A stretch of 64,000 nucleotides of DNA from Eledone cirrhosa. Taxonomy: Eukaryota. This document shows, piece by piece, positions 50,338-61,385 of the stretch (positions are counted from its first letter, which is position 1; each line of letters starts with the position of its first letter). Under the pieces are notes generated by a model. That model saw nothing but the letters and a program-made list of their open reading frames with translations, was not told the origin of the DNA and ran no database searches. Where the stretch lies: positions 280,922,001-280,986,000 of the forward strand of contig OZ024741.1 in the NCBI GenBank assembly GCA_964016885.1, read 5' to 3'. Both the position numbers and the translations under genes were made by a program.

Positions 50338-52410
50338 AATTCAAGCATGTTTTGCAACGTGAGGACCAGAAACAGGAGGTGTTCAAGATTGCGAGGCAGT
50401 GTGTCAGAGAATTGTGATGTCATTGGAGAGAAGTGTATCCGGAATGATAAAGGTGAGCTTGCCCTCACAAGTGCTGAGAAGAAAGATGCATGGAAAAGTC
50501 ATTATGATAGATTACTAAATGAGGAGAATGCATGGGAAGAAGAGACCCTACCCCAAGTAGACCCTATAGAGGGGCCAGCAGTACAAGTCAGCAGCAGCGT
50601 AGTAGTAAGGCAATCAAAGATATGAAGATGGGGAAGGCAACCGGTCCATCGGGTATAGCTGCCGAGATGCTGAAGGCATCTGGGTCTGTAGGTCACACTA
50701 TAACCACACGTATTGTTAACCAGGTAATACTAGAAGGTGTCATACCAAAAGATTGGTGCAGTAGCATCATTGTCAACTGCTACAAAGGTAAAGGTGATGC
50801 ACTGGATAGAGGAAACTATAGAGGTATAAAGCTGATGGGCCAGGTCATGAAAGTAACAGAAAGAGTTATAGCACAGTTGATTAGGGACCGGGTGAAACTA
50901 GATGAGATGCAATTTGGGTTTGTACCAGGAAGAGGCACCACTGATGCGCTCTTCCTTGTGAGGCAGTTACAGCAAAAGTACCTAGCTAAAAGTAAGCCAC
51001 TCTACCTGGCATTTGTCGATCTCGAGAAAGCCTTTGACAGAGTTCCACGTGCTGTAATCTGGTGGGCTCTTAGAAAACTAGGAGTAGATGAATGGTTTGT
51101 GAAAGCTGTACAAGCCATGTATAGGGGAGCAGTCAGCAAAGTTAGGATTAGCAATGAGTATAGCGAGGAATTTAGCGTACAGGTTGGGGTCCACCAGGGC
51201 TCTGTTCTTAGCTCTCTCCTGTTTATCATAGTCCTGCAGGCAATAACGGAGGAGTTTAAGACCGGATGCCCATGGGAACTCCTGTATGCTGATGACCTCG
51301 CACTTATAGCTGAATCTATGGTAGAACTAGAGAATAAATTCCAAACTTGGAAGCAGGGACTAGAAAGAAAGGGTCTCAAAGTCAACATGACAAAGACTAA
51401 GGTCCTTGTAAGTAGACGAAAAAACAGAACCCAGATCCCCTCAGGGAAATGGCCTTGCTCAGTATGTAGGGAAGGTGTAGGTAGGAACTCCATTCTCTGC
51501 CCCAAATGCAAACAATGGGTACACAAGAGATGTAGCGGGCTCTCAGGAAGCTTAATTAAGAATGTAGGCTTCACATGCAGCAGCTGTACTGGGACAGCAA
51601 GCAGCAAACAGCCACAGGAAACAAGTACCACCAATCTCTGGGAGGGCTCTGTAGAGACAGTAGACAGCTTCTGCTACCTAGGTGACTGAATTAGCAGCAG
51701 AGGTGGGTGTTCAGAAAGTACAATAACTAGGGTAAGAACGGGATGGAAGAAGTTCAGGGAACTGGGCGCTGAAGGTGGAAGACTTACGTAGATTAGAGAG
51801 AAACGAAGCCTGCATGCTCCGATGGATGTGTAACAGTAATATACACGAACGACAAAGCATAAATGAATTGTGCAGGAGAGGTGGTTGCGTTGGTATGCGT
51901 ATGAAGGATGACAGCTGCATAAAAAGGTGCAGAGCACTAGAAGTCGATGGAAACCGCGGAGTGGGGAGACCCAAGATGACCTGGGATGAGGTGATAAAAG
52001 CCGACCTTACCCAATTACACCTCTCAAAGGCAATGACACACGACCGTGACCTCTGGCGTCACGCAGTAATACAGAGTACCTGACCTCCCATGGGTACAAG
52101 CTGAAGCATATAGACAATATGCCACCACACCCTCCCACTGCAAGGTGGTCGTGGAGGTGCCACGGCAAAAAAGCACCCAGCCCACATTGTAAAGTGGACG
52201 TGTAGGCGCCACGAAAAAGCACCCAGCACTCACTGTAAATGAGGTTGGTGTTAGGAAGGGCATCCAGCTGTAGAAATCAAGCCAAATCAGTTCCTGTATG
52301 AGCAAGGCATGGTCAGCCAACCAGACACTGCCCACAACAAGACAACCCGTCTAACCCATGCTAGCATGGAAGAATGGACGTAAAACGGTGATGATGATGA
52401 TGATGATGAT
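50338..52410 (+). mobile_element. 5'-truncated RTE LINE with PHD finger; disrupted by frameshifts, a stop at 51687 and internal deletions; (GAT)n tail
   Basis: Same RT motifs as 37577-39160 (AFVDLEKAFDRVP, GVHQGS, LLYADDL), and CSVC...CPKC..WVHKRC...CSSC. Confidence 0.95.
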
Positions 52411-54623
52411 TCCCTCAGCTCATTTACCCTTGGTAAATGAGCTCTGGTATATGTGTAAAGACAATGACTTTAAAGTGTTTGTCAAGCAATGCCATTTTAG
52501 TATTACTTCATAAACTGTTTCTGCTCTAAAACTGTTAAACTAATTTAACCCGTAACCATCTCTGTAACTTTGGTTGTAAACAAAATATACTTCTCACCCT
52601 CGGACAGAATTCAATAATTCTTACAATGACCTTGACTGAAGGCTGGTTTTCTTTACTGGCTCATATTTCCATCAAGAAACACACTCACTGATTTAGAACA
52701 ACAAAATATTACACATCATAATATTAAAGAAATTTCCTATAAAACCAAGGCATATGGAATTTATTCTAAACAAAGCAAGTGTATATTTCTTTTTTTAAAA
52801 AATGTGTATTTTTAAACTTTTTAATGTAATATTATGAAGATGGTAAATTGGCTGAGTTGTTAGGACATTGGATTAAAAATAACTCAGTATTTATTCTGGC
52901 CCACTGTACTCTGAATTCAAATGTACACCAGGGTCTACTCCACCTTTCATCTTTTTGAGGCCAATAAATAAAGTATTTTCCTCTCTCACACACACTCTAC
53001 TTTCCAGTAAAAATCATCTGGAGAGGGATGGACTCTGCAAAATTTAAAATGTCACAACAGCACCCCTATGACTCCATCAGGAACTACTTATAGGAAGGGC
53101 ATCCAGCCATAGAAAACTTGCCAAAGTGTCACTAAGAATTTTCAGTTACGTCACAGACATGACAACCTCCCTAGTGCTGGTGCAATGAGAAAATGTATCT
53201 GGTACACTTGGTAGAGTTGGGGAGCATATATAAGCAAGATGGGGGTCCCAGGTTCATCTGAGAGTTCAGTAGTTCTGCTTAAGTACCAATTTGGTCTGTA
53301 AGCAGCCTGTCAAACCCTTGCTAGTAGGGAAAGCAGATATTAAAAGATGATGATGAAAGCTACCAACTTCAGATGTTGATGAATTGATTTGTAATTCTGA
53401 ATAATATTTAGATCTGAAACTGTTTAGATTACAGGTTTCTTATTTATTTTTTTTTTTGGCTGGCCCACAACGGTCTCCAGTTGATCTGGCTGAATCCCAA
53501 AGCAAGACCAGCCAAGCTCATGGATGTTATACAACCATTTTGCTCATGGTCTATCCCTTAGGTCTCTTGCTAGTTGGTTTTTCCTGTAAAATTTGTCAGC
53601 AATTCTTTCCTGAGACATTCTAACATGTCTGTAATATTGGAACTGCGATCTCTCAATTCAGAGAAGTAGTGGCTCTACCTGGAGCGACACTCTGATCTCT
53701 GATCATGACAACCCCCCTCTTGCTGGTGCCATGGTAAAATACACTTGTTGCACTTGGTAATATGCAGAAACATATGTCTGAAAGTAGTGATTTGGTCTGC
53801 GATGACAGATATTAAGTAGTAGTGGTTTTTATATTTATCTAAAAATCTTCCTTCATAATTTTATGTAAGAATTTTTAAGTTATATCCCAGACACCAGCTT
53901 AATAATGACAATGTTAGAAATATTTCTAAATTCTTCCAATTTCTATTTACAAAATGATTTGAAAATCACTGGCAATGTTTTTCATTATAAATTATATAAC
54001 ACAAGGGTTATTATTTATATTTAGCTATGAAACTGAATTTTAATTTGGCATCTCTAACGTGGATAAAATTTCTCGCTCAAAAACTGTTGTTGATTAAAAA
54101 TCGCCAGAGTCAGATTGATTAAACCATTTCGGATGTTTTCGTTAAACTGGTAGGTCTTGGATAAGTTATCTCCCTTAGCCTATATTACAATACCGTTGTG
54201 ACAGCTGCTACTTGCTGTGGGCATTTCAAAATGTCATTCCGTTTTAATTCAGTGTTGTCAAACAAATCTCTGTTGGTTGATGGAATTTATGGGTAGTCTC
54301 ACACACACTATATATAATCTCAAGTCTGAAATAATCGTCCTCCCATCGCTTATTATTAATTTTTCAGATTTCTCTCAAGCACCCCGGCTCCCACGCTTTT
54401 TGAATTTTGCTAATCTACCTCCGGTGAAATTCATTTTAAGTGGTAGCATTCCTGCGACAATTAATTTTCTTTAAACATGAAATCCGTTATAAAATAAATA
54501 GGATGGGTTGGTGTCTCAATATGTAAACTAAACGACTAATTCTGGTTTTTAAAAATATGAACGGAGGCAACCTGGAGTAATTACAGATTTTCCAACTCCC
54601 CCTATTATTTGGGAACCAACAGT

Positions 54624-54961
54624 ATCATCATCATCATCATCACCGTTTTACGTCCGTTCTTCCACGCTAGCATGGGTTAGACGGGTTGTCCTGTTGTGGG
54701 CAGTGTCTGGTCGGCTGACCATGCCTTGCTCATACAGGAACTGATTTGGCTTGATTTCTACAGCTGGATGCCCTTCCTAACACCAACCTCATTTACAGTG
54801 AGTGCTGGGTGCTTTTTCGTGGCGCCTACACGTCCACTTTACAATGTGGGCTGGGTGCTTTTTTGCCGTGGCACCTCCACGACCACCTTGCAGTGGGAGG
54901 GTGTGGGGGCATATTGTCTATATGCTTCAGCTAGTACCCATGGGAGGTCGGGTACTCTGTA
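54624..54961 (-). mobile_element. 3'-UTR-only copy of the same RTE subfamily, inverted relative to 52070-52410
   Basis: Near-exact reverse complement; the ORF-track peptides 52024..52335(-) and 54696..55049(+) are almost identical. Confidence 0.95.
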
Positions 54962-56050
54962 TATATATATATTCACATACATACACACTCACACACATAC
55001 ACATACCTTTAAGGATTCTTCTTCGTTTGTCGCTGAAACTGAAACCTAGATTTTCCCAAGAGAAAGTAAATAATAATTTAAAGCGGAACCTTGGTTCACG
55101 AACAATTTTTCCGAACATAAAATGTCTTTGTTCACAAACATCTCGAGCAACGAACACGCAAGTCAGCAACAACGGTTGGCATTAAGCTTGGAGTGTCGGC
55201 AGGAAAGCATCATTTGATGTGTAGTTAGTTACTATGGTGATATCTGTCTCTCTTTCACGATATTTCTCTCTCAACATTTCGTATGGGGAAAATAGTTTCG
55301 GCTTACAAACATTTCAGGTGACGAACTGCCTTCAGGAACAAACAAAGTTCATGAACCGAGGTCCCACTGTAATTTAGTTTGTCAAGTAATAAAAATATTT
55401 ATTCTCAATTAATGCGTTTCACTCACAAAGTTGGCTTAAAAACCATTGATAATTACATAATTATGATAAAGAAAGATATAACAAAATTAAGAGAAAAAGG
55501 GCAGATCTGGCTGCATGAGAAAGTAGAGGAAAGGACTATAAATGCCATAAATAAGAAGAAAAGGAGTGAAAAAACCAAGGACTCATGGGCCACAGAAGAA
55601 AGGGAGGGGGGGAAAGGGAGAGGGTGATGGGCTCTGCTCTACGGACAAAACAGCAAAGGCATTGACACCTGTTGCAACAGCCACCCCACCTCAGATGGAC
55701 TGATGTTCCAATTTTGCGAGCATCAGTAACCCACTATTGTCAATTCGACCAACTTACCCCTTCCCTTCAAATTGCTGGCCTTGTGCCAAATGTAAAAACA
55801 AATTAAGATGATAAAAAAAGTTATGGCCCTTTACATTCTAGGTTCAAATCCAGACGTGGTAAGCTTTGCCTCTCATCCTTACAGGGTTGACAAAATAAAA
55901 TACCAGTAATGGTATTTCACCCTGGGGTTGATTTGACATAAATTTGACATGTTTAAATATATACATCTGTGTTTGTACACATTTGCCACAACTTCACCTT
56001 AATCCTATACTATTTGTGTACAGATACAAATTTATATAGAATACTTGACA

Positions 56051-56288
56051 CCCAAGTTGTCAACCTCCTCAAAGTGAGGCCCTGGAAACTGATCACTGAT
56101 CTTGATCAGGCAAATGACAACCTGAGGCAGCAACAGTCTGATAAGTAACAAGAAGGAAAAGATATATATGACTAAGGCCCAAGTTGTTGACCTCCTTACA
56201 GTGGGCCCTGGAAACTGATCACTGATCTTTGATCTCGATCAGGTGAAAGACAACAACTCGAGACAGCAACAGTCTCATACACAAGAAG
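56051..56288. repeat. Degenerate tandem duplication of an ~110-bp unit
   Basis: CCCAAGTTGT..ACCTCCT...GGCCCTGGAAACTGATCACTGATCTT...CAGCAACAGTCT at 56051 and again at 56178. Confidence 0.85.
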
Positions 56289-57552
56289 AAAATAGTATAG
56301 TTTAATTGCTTACTGCACAATTTAATATATAATTGAATTAGCACTAAAAATATGCAAAATGACACCTCCAGTTTGTTATTACTGTCAAACTCAAGGACAA
56401 ATCAAAATGTAACAATTTTCTCAAGTTTATTTAAGTCATTTAATTGCATTATGAAATTTTACATTTAAAATAATCAATAATTAACTGAGATAATAAATTT
56501 ATATTATTTTAGAAATACAAAATAAAATATTAATCTTTACATTTTCATAATAATAAATTTTGTAATAAATCTGTAATTTAACTGTTTTGATATCAAACTG
56601 CCTGAAACTGGCCCTGGCTCTATAATACAAAACTGTTTCCGTTAAAGTGTTTATATTTATCTAAAATTCTTCCATCATTATTTTATGTAAAAACCTTTAA
56701 GTTGTATTTCAAACATCAGATAAATAAGGAGAAAGTTATATTACTAAATCCCTCTAATTTTCAAAATTATTTGAAGCATAGGCAGTATCTTTCATTATAA
56801 ATATGGTTAGAAAAGAGTTAAATATTTTATTTTTTTGCAATAAAAACACTGAAAATAGAAATATTTTAGTATTTTAATTCACTTAATGAAAATTTAAATT
56901 ACATGGAAACACATTGTCAAAAAATATAACATTTATGAGCTTTCTAGATTAATAATAAGAGAAACAGCAGCACCCCTTTTTGTGGCATGTGACAGAGTGT
57001 GTGTGTCTTCTCACACCTTTTCCCTTTTTTTATAAGTATATATTTTATATATAAACTTTATAATATTAATATAATTTTAGAAAAAATATAAATTGTGTTT
57101 AATTGTATGCATTCTATTAAATATTTGAAGGTGCAATAATTGTTGCTTGATGCTTTAAGAAGATACAATATGAAAATAAACAAATACTCTTGTGTGTGGA
57201 AAGAAACCATCAGGATAGCAAGACAGCAGAGGGTCTTCAGAGAAGAAGCTCTCTTCAAGCAAATGTTTTGCCCCTTAATTTCATATGCATAAAGAATATA
57301 TTTTCACATTAACCAAAAAATATATTGAAAAATTTTAAACTCATTTAAAAATATATATTTTAATCATTTAATATTATAAACTTTATAATATTTTAATATT
57401 TAATATGATAATATATATAATATTTTTTATATTTGATATTATAGACTATATGATATTTTTAATTACTTGAGTAAAGTCAACAACAATTTTTCCTTTCAAG
57501 TTCATGAAAATAAATTCATGAAATAGTTATCACAATATGTCAGAAGTTATAT

Positions 57553-59889
57553 TCATAAACATGTTTTACTTTTTTTCTTTTGAAGTGCTTTAATAATCTT
57601 CTCCCCAAGTGACTCCACAAGAAGCATCTTAGTATTTGGTTGTAAAGCATTTAAAACTGTACATGACGAATTATCATTGCATAGGTGAAGATTGATTTCA
57701 GGTTTCAAATGTTCATTTATATTTGGTCTTAATTTAGTTTGGACATCAAGAACATTTTTACTTTTGAAGACAATTGGACGTTGATGTATTGATGGGTCTT
57801 TTGATAAAGCCATGGTAATTACTTTGTTTGGTAAGTCAGGAAAATCTACTTTCTTGTCAAGATATTTAAGTAATCTGTCAGGTATTTCAGATCTATTCTT
57901 ATGTTTACCATCATAATACTTGTTGGCACCAGCAACTTTTGGCATTTGTGTGTAAGGGTCTCTTGGATATTCATCTGTCAGGTTAGGAATGTATGTTTGG
58001 AACATTTCTTTTTTGCCAGATCTCCTGTAATTCCATTTAGATGAAGCTGGCATATTTGGCATTTTTTTGGTATTTAATTTACTATTTTTGTTTATTTTCT
58101 TACTTGATTTTTTGCTGGGCTTAATTTCTGATTGTTGTTTTTCTATTTTATTAATTTCCAATACATCCATTCTCAAATCATTTGAGGAACTATTTTGATC
58201 ATATTTTCCTTGGCTGCTAGTCATCTGGTATTTCATGAGACTGAGTTTATCCATTTGTTCAGCAATATATTTCTTATTTCTGTGCCACATTGCAACTGTT
58301 AGAATCCTAGAAACAAATTTTATTTCTTTAGCAGGCATAAGTTTATGCATTGAGTGAGAAACCGAGTAATTAAATATTGATCAAAGTACAAGTGCATAAT
58401 AGGTGAGAAAATATAAGATGATGATGATGATGAGTGTGCAGGATGGCTGGATAAAATCTTTTTGAGGCCCTAAACACTTAAATGATTATGGTGCCTCAAT
58501 ATTAAGTCTACAAAAAACAAAACAAAAAAAAAACGTTATAATGACATAAACAAATGACTGGGAGGACCTTTCAGTTGTGCCAAGGATACAACAACCTCTG
58601 TAATGTTGGTGATCTACACAATAAATACACCCAGTATATGCTGTAAAGTGGTTAGTGATAGGAAGGGCATCCAGCTATAGAAACCATGTCAAAATATGAG
58701 TTAGATATGGTTATCTGAGTTGTCTTGTCACAGACCATTGTGACCTGTTCAGTCTATGCTTAGCATGGAAATCTAACGTAAAAAGCTGATAATGATGAAA
58801 CAGGTCACAAAATGAAATAATTTAGTTTGACATGAGGAAGAGAATAGGTCCGACATATTCCACTTCGTTAACTGTTTGTAGAGATAAACAAAAAGAAATG
58901 TTTTAAAAAATTGTGTAAATGAAAGAGTTGCCTCCCTTAAGGCCAGCTGTTTTCATGGCGGAGGAGGGAAACTACCAACAGATGTACAAGCATCAGTGAA
59001 CATACATCTAATCCGATAACCTTCATCTGAGTACCAACAGTTGAGAGCACTTGAATTGGCAGTAAGGCAGATCTGGTACCTCAATATGGATATCGTATTA
59101 TCAACCAAGTGTCTCCACAATATCCCCATGGCTGTTTATCACTTGCTAGTATACATATTGGGTGAAGGCACGTGGTTTAGTAGTTAGGGAAATCAGCTCA
59201 CAATCGTAAGGCTGTGAGTTCAATTTCTGGTGGCATATTGTTTCCTTGAACAAGACACTTTATTTCACATTATTCCAGACCACTCTGAGATGTCGTTAAT
59301 AGAGTGTAATTGACACTTAACCAAAGCATCATGAGCTGCAATTTTTCATAATTATATGAACTTGTGTATATCCCAGTTTTTAGAATAGATGCACCATATC
59401 CCTGCATGATGTAAGTAGTGTCTAAAAGAGTTGGTGTGTCAGGAAGAGCATCCTGTTGTAAAACATCTCAAAATATATCCCCCCAACCCGTGCCAACGTG
59501 GAAAAGTGGATGTAAAAACAATGATGATGATGACGATGATGATGACGACGATGATAATAATGATGATGATATGATGATATGATGATAACGATGCTCTTCT
59601 ATCAAGTTTTAACAACTGCAAATTAATATTCTTTTAAACATTTCAATAGCTGCAATCTTGTCATACTGTAGTTGTGTCATTGAAGCAATTTACAAAATAA
59701 TGAACTTATTTTATAGTGTCTTACCTTCCACAGTCTTTATTAGCCCATACTTTAGCTACATCCAAAGGAGTAAGACCATTGTTGTCCTTGCAATCAAGTT
59801 TTGCACCTAATTTTAATAGTATTTTTATAATCTTTACATGGTTTTCCTGTGCAGCTTTGTGAAGTGGTGTACTACCATATTTACTTGAG
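57553..59889 (-). CDS. ANKRD53: Ankyrin repeat domain-containing protein 53-like; last two coding exons (59889-59725 and 58306-57553). Upstream exons were not found and probably lie beyond 64000
   Basis: A phase-2 junction joins SSKYGSTPLHKAAQENHVKIIKILLKLGAKLDCKDNNGLTPLDVAKVWANKDCG to RILTVAMWHRNKKYIAEQMDKLSLMKYQM, matching vertebrate ANKRD53 as I recall it (GSTPLHLAA...CKIWNHRACARFLKDAMWKKDKKDFAREM.KM). Canonical TTCAG, GTAAG and TTCTAG sites; TGA at 57553. Confidence 0.78.
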
Positions 59890-59950
59890 CTGAAACAAGA
59901 GAAAAAGAACAGTAACAGCAGACATAAAATGATGATAAAATATATATATA

Positions 59951-60228
59951 TGTAAAAGGTAAACGGAAATAACAATACAATCGGTACAGTATATGGAAGG
60001 AATATATTTGTTTAATGCTTAAAATAGTAGGAAGAGGGTCTTAACATTTCGGATGCTAGTACCTCATTAGAAGAAAGATAAAAGGGACGGGCAGGGTGGA
60101 ATCGGAAAAAATGTTTTTAAAGAAAAATAACAGGTCCATTCATGTTGCTATCTCTTGAAAAACTGTTGATGCTGGCGTTTTGTGTATGATATACTGTTTT
60201 AGAAAAGTGGATGATGGAGCGAGTCTAC
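59951..60228 (-). mobile_element. Short Penelope-derived element with a decayed minimal hammerhead, in a (TA)n tract
   Basis: Minus strand 60074-60039 reads TCTT-CTAATGA-GG(TACTAGCAT)CC-GAAA-TGTT-AAGA; (TA)n on both sides. Confidence 0.55.
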
Positions 60229-60244
60229 ATATATATATATATAA

Positions 60245-60810
60245 AGTGGTAAAGACCCCCTTTGGTCACAAATGACCAAGGGATTTGTACCCAGAAATTT
60301 CACCTGTGAGCCACATGTCTGGCAAGGTTGTTTGTAGAAGACCAGCTGTCACCCATGCAAACCAGACTCTCGATGCCACCAATATTGTCCAAGGGAAAGG
60401 AAATGGCTGATACAACTTGGCACCAGTGATGATGCAACTCATTCCTACAGCTGAGTAAACTCAGTGTCAAAATAAAGTCTTGTGCTCAAAGACAAATTCA
60501 TCACCTGGTCCAAGAATCAAATTCACAACTTTCTGATGGCAAGCCCAATGCTCTAACCACTAAGCCATGCATATATATATATATATATTGATTGATTGAT
60601 CCAAATCGATAAGATTTGCTGTCTCTTTGAATTACAGGTACACTCCAACTGATGGACTTACAAACAGTTTCCATCTGCCCAGTTTCACTCACAAAACATG
60701 GGTCGACCTAGGACTATAGTAAATGATACTTGCCCAAGATGCCTCGCAGTGGGATCGAACTCATGACCTAATGATTAAGAAGTGAACTTCTTAACAATTT
60801 GGCCATGCTG
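60245..60810 (-). mobile_element. Two further tRNA-derived SINEs (60245-60570 and 60590-60810)
   Basis: Minus-strand heads GCATGGCTTAGTGGTTAGAGC and GCATGGCCAAATTGTTAAG...GAGTTCGATCCC. Confidence 0.75.
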
Positions 60811-61189
60811 TGTCCACTCGCATACACTCTGCTGCAACATGAAACAGGCGAAAATATATAGTTTTTCCACCTGTGTAGGTGAGCTGATTAGCCTCATTTG
60901 CCAAAGCTAAATTTTAATTCTAATTTTAAGTTGAGTCAACTTATACAGCTTCATATGCAAATGAGGTTAATCAGTCCACCTACACATGCAAAAAAACTAT
61001 ATACTTTTGTCTGTTTCAAGTTTTTGCAGAGAGCAAGAAGCAGCAGTCATGATGATAGCCAGGGCTTGAAATGCACATAGACAGTTATCCTTGGCTGCTT
61101 CTGCTGGTATCCGCTAGACAGCGCTGTCAGCCTTTCAAAATGTTTATTTATTAAACATACCATATATCTTTAGATATATGAAATTCAAA

Positions 61190-61385
61190 CACACACAAAC
61201 ATATATATATATATATATACAGATGTACACACATACACACACCATTATATATACATACAAACACGCACACATACATACATAAATTACACAAATACACACA
61301 TATATATATACACACACACATACATACATAAATTACACAAATACACACACACATATATATATACATATATACACATACATACATA
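61190..61385. repeat. Compound (TA)/(CA)/(TACA) microsatellite
   Basis: Directly visible. Confidence 0.95.

Noticed and set aside
51687-51689. In-frame TGA in the RTE ORF as a recoding site
   Set aside because: It aligns to Lys in the open copy, not to Cys, and this copy has other disabling lesions.
58810-58872. Possible extra ANKRD53 exon after a pyrimidine-rich acceptor
   Set aside because: It gives an immediate stop in the required phase, and the flanking exons already join in frame.
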